NCBI GenBank assembly: GCA_026984045.1
Contig: JALSSV010000020.1
Coordinates: forward strand, 7,076-71,075
Source of the DNA: Chromatiales bacterium
GTDB lineage: Bacteria; Pseudomonadota; Gammaproteobacteria; UBA6429; Thiohalophilaceae
Length of the DNA: 64,000 bases
Direction: 5' to 3'
A model generated the notes under the pieces. That model worked only from the letters and a program-made list of their open reading frames with translations. It did not search any database and had not been told where the DNA came from. Position 1 is the stretch's first letter, and each line of letters starts with the position of its first letter. Positions 50,321 through 60,329 of this stretch are shown one piece after another. The position numbers and the translations under genes are program-made.

Positions 50321-53300
50321 TCAGCGATCAGGTTCGCCGTATGCCCATTCCCGCCAGCCACCCAACAGGGGAAAGTAGAGGCCGAGACGGATGGGGTTCG
50401 CTTCCCGTCGGGCGAACAGGCGGGCATAGCCTTCGAGCTGGGCGCGATAGCGTTCGACTTCGCGGTCGAGGAATTCGTCGAGCCCGCCGCCTTCGTGGCG
50501 GCTGGTCTTGTAGTCGATGATCCAGCGGGTGCCGTGTTCGTCGATGAAGCTGCGATCGACGATGAATCGGCGGGGAATGCCGTCGAGGATTCCGGTGAGA
50601 GGATGTTCGCTGCGCACGGCTTCGTGTTCGGAAGAGAGGATCCACCGACCGCGCGGATCGGCCAGTACCCGGTCGAGCGCGGCGATCACCCGGGCCGTGG
50701 CGTCGGCCAGATGTTCCTCGATCACCCCGGCCTGACGCAGACGAGCCTGGATGCGCTTCTGGTGTTGCTGCGGACGGAAGGCCTGTTGCCGATCGGGATC
50801 GAGTCGGCCCAGGAACTCCAGATAGCGGTGCACGATCGTCCCCACATGGCGGGCGGTTTCGCCGGCCCAGTCGAATTCGATGGCCGTCGCCTCCTCCGGC
50901 ATCGGTGCGGCCGGGCCCACGGCAAGCCCCGCTGGCGGTGGCGGGCATTGCCACTCGGGCGGCAGGCGCTGCAGTGCGGTGGGCGGCAGGATGGCGAGGG
51001 TTTGATCATCGCTTTCGCCCGTTGCGGGACGGGCTGCCCGTTCTTCGAGATGGGCCACGAATGCCGGCCCGGCCACCGGCCACAACAGTTCGAGCAGGCT
51101 CCCGGCCGTGGGCCGGATTTCCCCGTTCCCGTTACGATTGGCGTGGCCGGTCAGGTGCAGGCGGCGCCGGGCCCGGGTGACGGCCACATAGAGCAGCCGC
51201 TGGGCCTCGTATTGCCCCTTCGTCTTCTCCAGGTTGCGCAGGTATTCGACCGTGGGATTCTTCTCCTCGCCGGCCCCCGGGATGGGGCCGAACAGCAGTG
51301 CCGTCTCCCCCCCGGAGAAGGTCTGTTCCTGCCAGTAGAGCAGGCGACGTTCGTCGCTGCGGGGCGGCTTGCCCAGTCCGGGCACGATCACCGTGTCGAA
51401 CTCGAGCCCCTTGGCCCGGTGAATGGTCATGAGCTGCACGCGACCAGCCTCGCCCGTGTCGGGACGGGCATACAGATCCTCGACGGCCTGCGCCAGCCGC
51501 GCCGGATCCACCACTTCGCCACCGGCATCGAGGCTCTCGAGCAGTTCGAGGAAGGTACCGGCGTCTTCGTATGCCGCCGGCCGTTCGAGACAGGCCGGTC
51601 CGCCGAGGGCGAGCCAGGTCTGTTCGACCCAGTCCCGCAACGGCAGGCGATCGCGCTGGGCCAGTGCCTGCGTCAGAACCGGGACGACCCGCTGCAGGAT
51701 GCGCTGGCCCTCGACGGACAGGGAGGCCTGTTCCCCTGATCTCAGCAGGCGTTCGGGCAGGATGTCGTCGGGCTCGCCGGCCAGAAGGAGCAGATCCCGC
51801 TGTACCAGCCCGCACAAGGGCGAGCGCAATACCGCCAGCCAGGCGATGCGATCGGCCGGATGCAACAACGCGCGCGTGAGCGAGAGCAGATCCTGCACCA
51901 CGGGTCGGCTGGCCAGGGAGTCGATCTCCACGGCCTGGTAGCGAATGCCGGCCTCGCGCAGTGCCGGCACGATGTGCAGCAGATGGCTGCGGCTGCGCAC
52001 CAGGATGGCCACCTCGGCCTTGGCGTCCCCGGCCAGGGTCTGGCGCACCAGTGCCACGATGGTCTCGGCTTCTGCCGCTTCCTCGCCCCTGGCGAAGGGA
52101 TGGATCCGTACCGCCTCGCCGGGCTGGACCGGATGATGGGAACGGGAAGGCGTGTAGGCGACGGCGCCAGCCTGCTCGTCATCCTCGGCCGGAAAGATCC
52201 GCGGGAAGGCGGCATTGACCCAGTCGATGAGGCCCGCGTGGGAGCGGAAGTTGACCTCGAGCTGCAAAAACGTCGGCCGCACGCAGCCAAGACCATGCCG
52301 CTTGACCTCGAGGAACAAACCCACTTCCGCCTCGCGGAAGCGGTAGATGGACTGCATGGGATCGCCGACCAGGAACAGGGTGCGACCGTCGTCCGGCAGC
52401 CAGCCGGCCGTGAGCCGCTTGAGCAACTCGAACTGGTTGATAGAGGTGTCCTGGAACTCGTCCACCAGCAGATGCCGGATGCGATAGTCGAGCTGCAGGG
52501 CCAGATCGGTGGGATCCTCCGGCTCGCCCAGCGCGGCCACGGCCTGCATGGCGATCTCGGCAAAATCGACTTCGCCCGCCTGCTGGAAGGTCACGCTCAG
52601 GTGGGCGGCGGCATGCACCAGCAGGGCGAACAGCGCTTCGAGCACCTGCCACTGGGCGTCGGTATAACAGGGCAGCGGCAGGGCCGGGATCCGGGCCAGC
52701 GCCTGGGCGAAACCGGCTTCCTCACGCAGGCTGTCGAGCAGGGCGCTCATGCCCTTCTTCATCGCCTCGAAAAGCCGTTTCTCGGCCGAATCGGCAGCGG
52801 CGCTCTTGGGCGGAAAGCCCTGGTTTTTGGTGGGCGACTTGCGCAGGCGGCCCTCTTTCGTCAGCAGCCAGTGCACGATGGCCTGCCACTGGGGCAGGGC
52901 CTCGATCCGGGCCGGGGGCAGATCGGTGAGATCCCGGCACACGGCCAGTTCCGCCTCGTCGCCGAGCTGTCCGGCGGCAAAACGCAGCAGGCGCAGGAAT
53001 TCGTCACGTCGGGGTTCGGGAAACGCGGCGCGGGCGGCTTCGAGGCCTTCGGTCACGATGCGCGCCAGGGCCGCTTCGAGCCGCTCCCGGGTGCGGTGAT
53101 CGTCGGAACCCGCCAGATGGCGCAGCCATTGATCGCGCCGCGCCAGCATGGCGGCGATGAGTTCCTGAACCCGCTCGTGCTGGTTGTCGAGATGGCGCAA
53201 CAGGCGGGCGACGGCGTGGCCGATGGCTTCCCGGCTTTCCAGTTGCTCGAGGATCCGGCTGGCCGCCTCGCGATAGAGGGGGCCGGCGTCTTCCACCACT

Positions 53301-53725
53301 GCCGGGGCGGCACCGAAACGCGAGAGGATCGGCATCTGCCGCACCAGGGCCGCGCAGAGGGAATCGAAGGTCAGGATCCGCAGGCGCGCCGGATTGTGCA
53401 ACAGCCGCCACGCCTGACGGACATCCTGCTCCAGCGCGGCGCGGGCCAGTTCCAGGGTCCGGCGCGCGTGAGCGTCCTTCCCGGCCTCCCCGGCCTGGGC
53501 AGCCTTCAGCGCCCCGAGGATCCGTTCGCGCATCTCTGCTGCCGCCTTGCGGGTGAAGGTGATGGCCACGATCTCCTCCGGTGCCGCCACCTGTGCCAGC
53601 AGGGCGAGAAAGCGCTGGGTGAGCAGGCCCGTCTTGCCGGAGCCGGCCGGCGCCTGCACGATGAACGAGCCGCGGACATCCAGCGCCCGTTCCCGAAGCG
53701 GCTGATCCGACGGTCGCTCAGTCAT
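50321..53725 (-). CDS. addA: UvrD-type helicase / PD-(D/E)XK nuclease, AddA-like
   Basis: APAGSGKTG Walker A, UvrD helicase motifs, C-terminal nuclease (IIDYKT). Start ATG 53725 overlaps the upstream gene by 8 nt. Confidence 0.8.
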   Translation of the reverse strand: MTERPSDQPLRERALDVRGSFIVQAPAGSGKTGLLTQRFLALLAQVAAPEEIVAITFTRKAAAEMRERILGALKAAQAGEAGKDAHARRTLELARAALEQDVRQAWRLLHNPARLRILTFDSLCAALVRQMPILSRFGAAPAVVEDAGPLYREAASRILEQLESREAIGHAVARLLRHLDNQHERVQELIAAMLARRDQWLRHLAGSDDHRTRERLEAALARIVTEGLEAARAAFPEPRRDEFLRLLRFAAGQLGDEAELAVCRDLTDLPPARIEALPQWQAIVHWLLTKEGRLRKSPTKNQGFPPKSAAADSAEKRLFEAMKKGMSALLDSLREEAGFAQALARIPALPLPCYTDAQWQVLEALFALLVHAAAHLSVTFQQAGEVDFAEIAMQAVAALGEPEDPTDLALQLDYRIRHLLVDEFQDTSINQFELLKRLTAGWLPDDGRTLFLVGDPMQSIYRFREAEVGLFLEVKRHGLGCVRPTFLQLEVNFRSHAGLIDWVNAAFPRIFPAEDDEQAGAVAYTPSRSHHPVQPGEAVRIHPFARGEEAAEAETIVALVRQTLAGDAKAEVAILVRSRSHLLHIVPALREAGIRYQAVEIDSLASRPVVQDLLSLTRALLHPADRIAWLAVLRSPLCGLVQRDLLLLAGEPDDILPERLLRSGEQASLSVEGQRILQRVVPVLTQALAQRDRLPLRDWVEQTWLALGGPACLERPAAYEDAGTFLELLESLDAGGEVVDPARLAQAVEDLYARPDTGEAGRVQLMTIHRAKGLEFDTVIVPGLGKPPRSDERRLLYWQEQTFSGGETALLFGPIPGAGEEKNPTVEYLRNLEKTKGQYEAQRLLYVAVTRARRRLHLTGHANRNGNGEIRPTAGSLLELLWPVAGPAFVAHLEERAARPATGESDDQTLAILPPTALQRLPPEWQCPPPPAGLAVGPAAPMPEEATAIEFDWAGETARHVGTIVHRYLEFLGRLDPDRQQAFRPQQHQKRIQARLRQAGVIEEHLADATARVIAALDRVLADPRGRWILSSEHEAVRSEHPLTGILDGIPRRFIVDRSFIDEHGTRWIIDYKTSRHEGGGLDEFLDREVERYRAQLEGYARLFARREANPIRLGLYFPLLGGWREWAYGEPDR

Positions 53726-56447
53726 CGGTCGCCTCCGCTTCGTCCAGGAACAGCGTGCCATCGGCCTCGGTGATGCGGCACAGACCGGTCAGGGCACAAT
53801 GGCGGCAGGTCTTCGGACAGGCCTTGGGATCCACGGCCGTGTGGCTGTCGCGGAATGCCCGGGCCAGGCGGTGAATCGTTTCCGACCACTGGTCCAGCAG
53901 TTCGTGCCAGTCGCCGGTGCCCGAACGGCCTTGCAGCTTTTCCGGCAGCCGCGCCTCGGGCACCAGTTCCGCTTCGGCCACGACGCCCTGATACCCCATC
54001 TCGCCCGGGCGCAACTGGGCGAACACCACGCCGGCCAGATCCGGACGCAACAGCGTGGCATACAGCGGCAACTGGGGATCGTCCGGCCGCTCGCCGAACC
54101 AGGCCGAGGGGGAGACCCTGCCGGTCTTGTAGTCGACCACGATGTGCCGGCCGTCCGGCAGCCGATCCACGCGATCGAGGATCACCTTGATCCGCAGGCC
54201 CTCGATATCGACTTCCCGCTTTTCTTCGGTGGCCACCACGCGAAACTCGCTGCGCCGTTTCTCGATGTCGAGCCAGGCGAGCACCCGTGCTTCGAGGCGC
54301 TCGCTTTCGATGCGCCGAAAGGCCGTGGTGAAGATCTGGGGCAGACGTCCGGCCATCTCCTCCACGGCCTGTTCCACGGCCAGTCGCACCAGCGCCTGCA
54401 GGGCGTCCGTTTCCAGCCGGCAGAGGCTGGCGTGATCACCGAGTTCCGCCCAGACGAGTTGCAGCACCCGGTGCACCAGGCTGCCGCGGGTCATGGCGTC
54501 GATGCCGATCCCGACTTCGCCGAGCGGCCGCGCGGCAAGACGCAGCTCGGCGAAGGCGCGGAAGGGACAGGCGGCCTGCAGGCGAAACAGGCTGCTGCCG
54601 CCGCGAATGCCGCCCGGCGGCACGGGCGGAGGCGGCACATCCTCGACCCGCTGGAGTTCGCCGGCGGCCGCGATCCGCGCCGCCCAGTCGGGACCGCGCC
54701 AGATTGGCAGATCGCTCGGGGCGACTTCCGGTAACCCGGCGATGAGCGGACTGGGTTGGCGGACGGTTTCGCCTTCGTGCACGGCGTGGCTGAAGATCAC
54801 CTCGGCGGCGCTTTCCCGCAGCCGATCGGTGATCCGCCTCGCCACTTCCAGCTCCCGGGATTCGGAGGCATGGGGCAGTTCGTGCTGGCGTTGCAGGGCC
54901 AGTGGCAGGAAGGGATTGGGCCGCGGCGAAGGCGGCCAGACCTCATCGCTCAGGCCCGTCACCCAGAGGTGATCGAACTGGACGCCGATGGCCTCGTACA
55001 GCCCCATGATCTGAACCGGTGCCGGCGGCGATTGCGGCTGGAAGAGCCGGGCAGCGGCCAGGGAACGCAGCCGGGCCAGGGCCTCGTGCGCGGTCATGGC
55101 ACCACTGACCGTCTCCAGCGCGATCAGGCTGGCGAGGGTGCGTTGCCAGGCCTCGCTGGCCTGGTATTCGTGGCTGGAGAGACTGCGACCCTGGCCCCAG
55201 CCGACCGCCTGCAACAGGGCCGAGAAATGCTGCGCCCAGGCACCGGCCCGGGCCCGCTGCGGCCAGTCGTGATACAACCGTTCCATCGCCGTCAATCGCT
55301 CGGCCAGCACGGGGCAATGCCAGGGCCGGTCCTCGCGCGCGGCGTAATGGCGCAGCCGGGCGAGACCGATGTGCGGTTCGCCGATCTCCCGCAACTGCCG
55401 ATCCAGTAACGCCCGGCGACCACTCTCGGCTTCCCATCCCGCCAGGTGGGGGGAGTGCAGCAGGCGCATCACCGCCTCGAACGGCTGCCTTCCGGTGGCC
55501 AGTGCCAGCAGTTGCAGCGCCGCCTGCACCAGCGGCTCGTCGGCCAGTGGCAAACCGAGGGTGACATTGTAGGGACGGAAGCGGGCCTCCTCGCCCGGCC
55601 GGCGGATGCCGGGCACGAGCACCGCATCCAGCGCACGGCACAGAGCCTGGCGGCGGGCGGCCAGATCCGGCACCATCACACCGATCCGGGCCTGGGGATC
55701 GGCTTCCAGCCGCTGGCGGACCCAGCGGGCCAGGGTCGTCGTCTCCTCTGCCGCATCCTCGAGTGCGACCCGCACGGCCTCGCCCGGCATGCCGGCCGGC
55801 CGTCTCCAGCGCCAGCGTCCACCGGCCTCTTCCAGCACCCTGAGCAGCCGCTGCTGGGCCGGCACGAGTTCCTCGAAGCCGATCAATTGCAGGGGCGGTT
55901 CGATCCAGGCGGCGAGGGCTTCGGGCTGGGCGCACAACGCCTCGCCCAGGCGGCAAGCCGGGAGCCAGCCATTCTCCTCGCAACGGAAATCGAACTCGAT
56001 CTGCCAGTCGCGGAAGGCGCGGGCGTCTTCATTCAGTTGCGCCTCGTCGGCCGGCAGGCGCAGGCACCAGTCGTGCAGCAGGGCGTAGGCCTCGGCTGCC
56101 AGCCGGGCGGTGGACGCCGGGCGCAGCAGGTGGGCGCCTAGCGGACTGTCGGCCACCACCTGTTCCCAGAGATGGTGCTCCTGTTCAGGTGAGAGCAACA
56201 GGCGCGGCGGCAGGGTGCCGGCAAGCTGGGCCATGTCCCAGACCGCCGTGAGCCAGTCGCTCCACGGTTCGATGGCCGGTGTGTCCCACACCGTGTTTCC
56301 CGCGGCCTGCATGTGACGCGCGTAGGCCGCTTGCAGATGCTGCGCCAGACGCCGGTTGCCGGTGAGGATACGCTGCCCCGCCCGGGCGGCATCCAGCACT
56401 TCTGCCAAGGGCACGGCTTCGGGAACGAGGGAAAAGGCTTCGGGCAC
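53718..56447 (-). CDS. addB: PD-(D/E)XK nuclease family protein, AddB-like
   Basis: 909 aa with no Walker A. C-terminal nuclease (VVDYKTG) plus the Cys cluster CPKTCRHCALTGLC. Translationally coupled to the addA-like gene. Confidence 0.75.
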   Translation of the reverse strand: MPEAFSLVPEAVPLAEVLDAARAGQRILTGNRRLAQHLQAAYARHMQAAGNTVWDTPAIEPWSDWLTAVWDMAQLAGTLPPRLLLSPEQEHHLWEQVVADSPLGAHLLRPASTARLAAEAYALLHDWCLRLPADEAQLNEDARAFRDWQIEFDFRCEENGWLPACRLGEALCAQPEALAAWIEPPLQLIGFEELVPAQQRLLRVLEEAGGRWRWRRPAGMPGEAVRVALEDAAEETTTLARWVRQRLEADPQARIGVMVPDLAARRQALCRALDAVLVPGIRRPGEEARFRPYNVTLGLPLADEPLVQAALQLLALATGRQPFEAVMRLLHSPHLAGWEAESGRRALLDRQLREIGEPHIGLARLRHYAAREDRPWHCPVLAERLTAMERLYHDWPQRARAGAWAQHFSALLQAVGWGQGRSLSSHEYQASEAWQRTLASLIALETVSGAMTAHEALARLRSLAAARLFQPQSPPAPVQIMGLYEAIGVQFDHLWVTGLSDEVWPPSPRPNPFLPLALQRQHELPHASESRELEVARRITDRLRESAAEVIFSHAVHEGETVRQPSPLIAGLPEVAPSDLPIWRGPDWAARIAAAGELQRVEDVPPPPVPPGGIRGGSSLFRLQAACPFRAFAELRLAARPLGEVGIGIDAMTRGSLVHRVLQLVWAELGDHASLCRLETDALQALVRLAVEQAVEEMAGRLPQIFTTAFRRIESERLEARVLAWLDIEKRRSEFRVVATEEKREVDIEGLRIKVILDRVDRLPDGRHIVVDYKTGRVSPSAWFGERPDDPQLPLYATLLRPDLAGVVFAQLRPGEMGYQGVVAEAELVPEARLPEKLQGRSGTGDWHELLDQWSETIHRLARAFRDSHTAVDPKACPKTCRHCALTGLCRITEADGTLFLDEAEATDD

Positions 56448-56522
56448 GGCGCTCGGCTTCCAGGCAACGAATCGGCATTATACCCTCTGGACAGCCCCCG
56501 ACCGGCGCCGCACAATCGATCC

Positions 56523-57617
56523 ATGCGTACCGGTATCGCCAATCTTCCCCTGCACGGCGGCAAGGCCCCACGCTGGCTGTTCGAACGCATGACCAGGCTG
56601 GCGCGGGAGATCGCCTGCCACGTGGTGGCCGAACACGGGCCGGAGGAAATGCTGCTGCGCCTGTCCGATCCCTACTGGTTCCAGGCCTTCGGCTGCGTGC
56701 TGGGCTTCGATTGGCATTCCAGCGGCGTCACCACGACCGCCTGCGGGGCGCTCAAGGAAGGGATCAGGGGGCTGGAACCCGAACTCGGCCTGTTCGCCGC
56801 CGGCGGCAAGGGCGCCGCCTCGCGCCGGACACCGGCCCAGATCACCGCCGCCTGCGAATCCCTCGGCCACGACCCCGAACCCCTGGTGCAGGCCAGCCGC
56901 CTGTCGGCCAAGGTCGACAACACTGCCCTGCAGGACGGCTACCAGCTCTATCATCACAGTTTCTTCTTCACCCGCGATGGCCAGTGGTCCGTGGTGCAGC
57001 AGGGCATGAACGACACCAGTGGCATGGCCCGGCGCTATCACTGGGTCAGCGCGTCGCTGGAGAGTTTCGTGGTGGAACCCCATGCCGCCATCTGCTGCGA
57101 CAAGCGGCAAGCCACCCTCAACCTGGTCGACCGCGAAAGCGACGCGGCCCGTTCGGCGATCACCGAAATCACCCGGGAGCCGGATCGCGAAGTGGAAAGG
57201 ACCATCGCCGCCCTGCCGACCCTGAACATGCCCCGCCATCACCTCCTCGATGCCGCGAACATCCGCCCTGGGCAACTGCAGAAAGTGCTCAAACACACCT
57301 ACGCCCATCCACCGGAAGACTTCCAGGCCCTGCTCGCCACGCCCGGCCTGGGCCCCAAGTCCCTGCGCGCCCTGGCCCTGGTGGCCGAGCTGATCTACGG
57401 CCGCCGTGCCGCCTCCCGTGACCCGGCCGCCTACGCCTTCGCCCACGGCGGCAAGGACGGCACCCCCTACCCCGTCCATCGCGAACGCTACGACCGGACC
57501 ATCGACACCTTTCGTACCGCCCTCGCGCAGGCCCGCCTCGGCCGCAGCGAAAAACGCGATGCCCTGCGGCGGCTGGGGCAGTGGGCATCGGGACTGGATG
57601 CGCTGCTACAAAGGTAG
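56523..57617 (+). CDS. DUF763 domain protein
   Basis: MRTGIANLPLHGGKAPRWLFERM..LA..I......GPEE.L.RLSDPYWFQAFGCVLGFDWHSSGVTTT matches the DUF763 N-terminal pattern. Confidence 0.7.
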   Translation: MRTGIANLPLHGGKAPRWLFERMTRLAREIACHVVAEHGPEEMLLRLSDPYWFQAFGCVLGFDWHSSGVTTTACGALKEGIRGLEPELGLFAAGGKGAASRRTPAQITAACESLGHDPEPLVQASRLSAKVDNTALQDGYQLYHHSFFFTRDGQWSVVQQGMNDTSGMARRYHWVSASLESFVVEPHAAICCDKRQATLNLVDRESDAARSAITEITREPDREVERTIAALPTLNMPRHHLLDAANIRPGQLQKVLKHTYAHPPEDFQALLATPGLGPKSLRALALVAELIYGRRAASRDPAAYAFAHGGKDGTPYPVHRERYDRTIDTFRTALAQARLGRSEKRDALRRLGQWASGLDALLQR

Positions 57618-57695
57618 CAAATGCCTCAAAATTGTTTTGACACGATTTTTTTGTCGGCGCGGCGCAAGCCGCGAAAACGCGACGCATCGCGGCCC

Positions 57696-58811
57696 CTACG
57701 CATTTGCCGGTCCGGAATCCTTCCCAATCAGATCGTCCAGGCGCTGGCAAAGTCGGGGATCGATCAGGGCGGCAATCACCAGGCATTCGAGACCGAAAGG
57801 CAGATAACCGGCGTAACCGAGAATGGGCATCTCGAACAGGTGGAAGCGATCCACGAAGGGGAGACTGTAGATCCATTTGGGATCGCTGTTCACGTTCCAC
57901 AGCTCCCAGAGAAAACCGCACAGCAGGGCGGCCAGGGCCGGCAGCGCAAGGCAGCGGCCGTTTCCGTGCGCCTGATCGGTGAACACCGTCGGCACTCCCT
58001 CGAGCATTTGCAACCCCAGAATCAGCAGCAGTGGGGCGACCCAGACCAGCGGAAACAGGACGTCGGGCCTAAGGCCGAGTCCGGTCAGGCTGATGGTGGC
58101 GATCGTCAGCAGCAGCGCGCCGCGAACCCGGCGGTGGCCGCGCATCCCGCGCCGGGAGAGACGGCGGCAACCCAGGCCGGGCCAGGTCCACAGCCAGGCC
58201 AGGGTGCCGATCACGGCCGGCAGCACCGTGGAGAAGGCCAGGCTCGCGTGCAGGAAATAGGCCAGGGGTTCGCGAGTCACCTCACCCACGTAGTGCCAGT
58301 TCTGCACGAAGCGGTTGAGGTATTCGAAATACCACCAGAACACGGCGCTGAGAGGAAACAGCGCCAGATAAGGACCGGGATGCCGGGTGAGCAGGCAGCG
58401 GCCCGTGCGCCGGAAGGCCAGCGCGTTGACCAGCACGATCCAGCTCAGCCACAGGGGCGTGAAGGTCCACGAACGCAGGGGCCCGAGAAATGCCGGGCGT
58501 GTCCAGGCCAGCAGCCAGAACAGGCCAAGGCTCACGAGGGCCAGCCAGCCCCACCACGGCAAGGGCCGTATCAGCGGCGCTGAACCGCGTTGGCCCGGCC
58601 ACAGCACCCAAACGAGCGCCGCCAGCAGGCCCAGAAACACCAGCGCCAGCCCGATGAATACCCCCCAGGAAAAGGGCGCATGGGCGATGAAGCCGGTGCG
58701 TGGCGGAAAGGCAAGATACGGCGTAATGGCCTGCCCGGCCAGGGCCAGACCGGCGAGCGGCAGGCCCGGCAACAGAAGACTCGCCACCAGGACTGGCCGA
58801 AAACGATTCAT
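57696..58811 (-). CDS. polytopic integral membrane protein, unknown function
   Basis: 371 aa with ~9 hydrophobic segments and high GC3. No family recognised. Confidence 0.6.
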   Translation of the reverse strand: MNRFRPVLVASLLLPGLPLAGLALAGQAITPYLAFPPRTGFIAHAPFSWGVFIGLALVFLGLLAALVWVLWPGQRGSAPLIRPLPWWGWLALVSLGLFWLLAWTRPAFLGPLRSWTFTPLWLSWIVLVNALAFRRTGRCLLTRHPGPYLALFPLSAVFWWYFEYLNRFVQNWHYVGEVTREPLAYFLHASLAFSTVLPAVIGTLAWLWTWPGLGCRRLSRRGMRGHRRVRGALLLTIATISLTGLGLRPDVLFPLVWVAPLLLILGLQMLEGVPTVFTDQAHGNGRCLALPALAALLCGFLWELWNVNSDPKWIYSLPFVDRFHLFEMPILGYAGYLPFGLECLVIAALIDPRLCQRLDDLIGKDSGPANA

Positions 58812-58815
58812 GCCC

Positions 58816-59514
58816 CTACCATGGCATCTCGACGCCGTCGTAGCGATAGAAGCGGCCCTGATCCCGCGGCGTGAAGCGGTTCACCACGGCACGCATGCCG
58901 GCCACGCTCTCGGCCGGCGTGAGCGGCGCCTCTTCGCCACCCATGCGGGTACGCACCCAGCCCGGGTGCAGGAGCAGCAGACCGACGCCATTCTGTTGCA
59001 GCTCCAGCGCCAGCCCCCGGCTTGCGGCATTGAGCGCGGCCTTGCTGGAGCGGTAGGCATAATCGTTGGGCGCATTGATGTCGGCAAGGCTGCCCATGTG
59101 ACTGGAGATGTTCACCACCAGGGGCTTGTCGCTCCGCTCGAGGCTGCCCAGCAGGGCCTCGGTGACCCGGAAGGCGCCCAGGGTGTTGACCTGGAAGGTC
59201 GTCGACCAGTCGTCATAGTCGATCTGGCCCAGCCGATCCCGGCCCCAGCGTTCCAGATAGACGCCGGCGTTGTTGATCAGCACATCGAGCGGCTGATCCG
59301 ACAGTGCCTGCGCCAGCTCCCGGATCTGCTGCGGATCGGTCACATCCAGCCGGTGCAGGGAGACGCCGGGATGCACATCGGCCAGCGCCTGCAGGGCCTC
59401 GGCCTCTTCGGGGTGGCGGCAGGTGGCATACACCCGCCAGTCGTCCTCGGCGTATTGCCGCACCCATTCGAAGCCCAGGCCGCGATTGCTGCCGGTCACC
59501 AGAACGCTGTGCAT
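58816..59514 (-). CDS. short-chain dehydrogenase/reductase (SDR), CsgA-like
   Basis: VLVTGSNRGLGFE (TGxxxGxG), NNAGV, YRSSKAAL (YxxxK). Start set to the ATG at 59514. Confidence 0.85.
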   Translation of the reverse strand: MHSVLVTGSNRGLGFEWVRQYAEDDWRVYATCRHPEEAEALQALADVHPGVSLHRLDVTDPQQIRELAQALSDQPLDVLINNAGVYLERWGRDRLGQIDYDDWSTTFQVNTLGAFRVTEALLGSLERSDKPLVVNISSHMGSLADINAPNDYAYRSSKAALNAASRGLALELQQNGVGLLLLHPGWVRTRMGGEEAPLTPAESVAGMRAVVNRFTPRDQGRFYRYDGVEMPW

Positions 59515-59581
59515 CGGTCTCTCCCGTTTCCCGTATTGCCTTACAATGTAGGTGCCCCTCCTCCATGACACAAGGCTCGCG

Positions 59582-60322
59582 ATGAAACGCAAGGCCGCTG
59601 CATACATCGGCACTTCCGGCTGGTCCTATCCTCACTGGAAAGGGCCGTTCTATCCTGCGGAACTGCCCGACAGCCGGCTTCTGGACTACTACTGCCGGTA
59701 CTTCCACAGTGTCGAGATCAACAATTCCTTCTATCATCTGCCCAGCGAACAGGCGGTGGATGGCTGGCGGGAAGGGACGCCGGCGGATTTCGTCTTCGCC
59801 GCCAAGGCCAGCCGATATATCACCCACATGAAGAAACTGAAGGATCCGCAGGCCGGCCTGGCCACCTTCTTCGGTCGCATGGACCGTCTCGGCGACAAGC
59901 TCGGCCCCGTGCTCTATCAGCTCCCGCCCCGCTGGCATTGCAATCCGGCGCGTCTGGCCGACTTCCTGGCCGCGCTTCCCCAAGATCATCGCCACGCCTT
60001 CGAATTCCGTGACGAGAGCTGGATCAACGACGAAATCCTTGCGCTCTTGCGGGAACACCGGGCCGCCTTCTGCATCTATGACCTGGCCGGCTATCAATCC
60101 CCGTTGCAGGTCACCTGCGATTTCGTCTACATCCGCCTGCACGGGCCACAAGGGGCCTACCAGGGCAACTACGACGGCCGCACCCTCGCCGCCTGGGCCC
60201 GCCGGATCCGGAAGTGGCTGGAGGACGGCCTGGACGTCTATTGCTATTTCGACAACGATGAGGCGGGGTATGCGGTGGAGAATGCGCGGGACATGCAGGA
60301 ACGAATCAACGCCAACGCCTAA
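59582..60322 (+). CDS. DUF72 (YecE-like) protein
   Basis: YIGTSGWSYPHWKGPFYP.......LL.YY...F..VEIN.SFY, the DUF72 signature. Confidence 0.85.
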   Translation: MKRKAAAYIGTSGWSYPHWKGPFYPAELPDSRLLDYYCRYFHSVEINNSFYHLPSEQAVDGWREGTPADFVFAAKASRYITHMKKLKDPQAGLATFFGRMDRLGDKLGPVLYQLPPRWHCNPARLADFLAALPQDHRHAFEFRDESWINDEILALLREHRAAFCIYDLAGYQSPLQVTCDFVYIRLHGPQGAYQGNYDGRTLAAWARRIRKWLEDGLDVYCYFDNDEAGYAVENARDMQERINANA

Positions 60323-60329
60323 ATAAGTG

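Noticed and set aside
57651-57700. GTAG-headed GC-rich palindromes overlapping the stop codon of the membrane protein gene (CGTAGGGGCCGCGATGCGTCGCGTTTTCGCGGCTTGCGCCGCGCC on the minus strand), considered as another REP family member.
   Set aside because: Only one copy is visible in the window, and it doubles as a plausible terminator for two convergent genes. That is insufficient evidence to call a repeat family.
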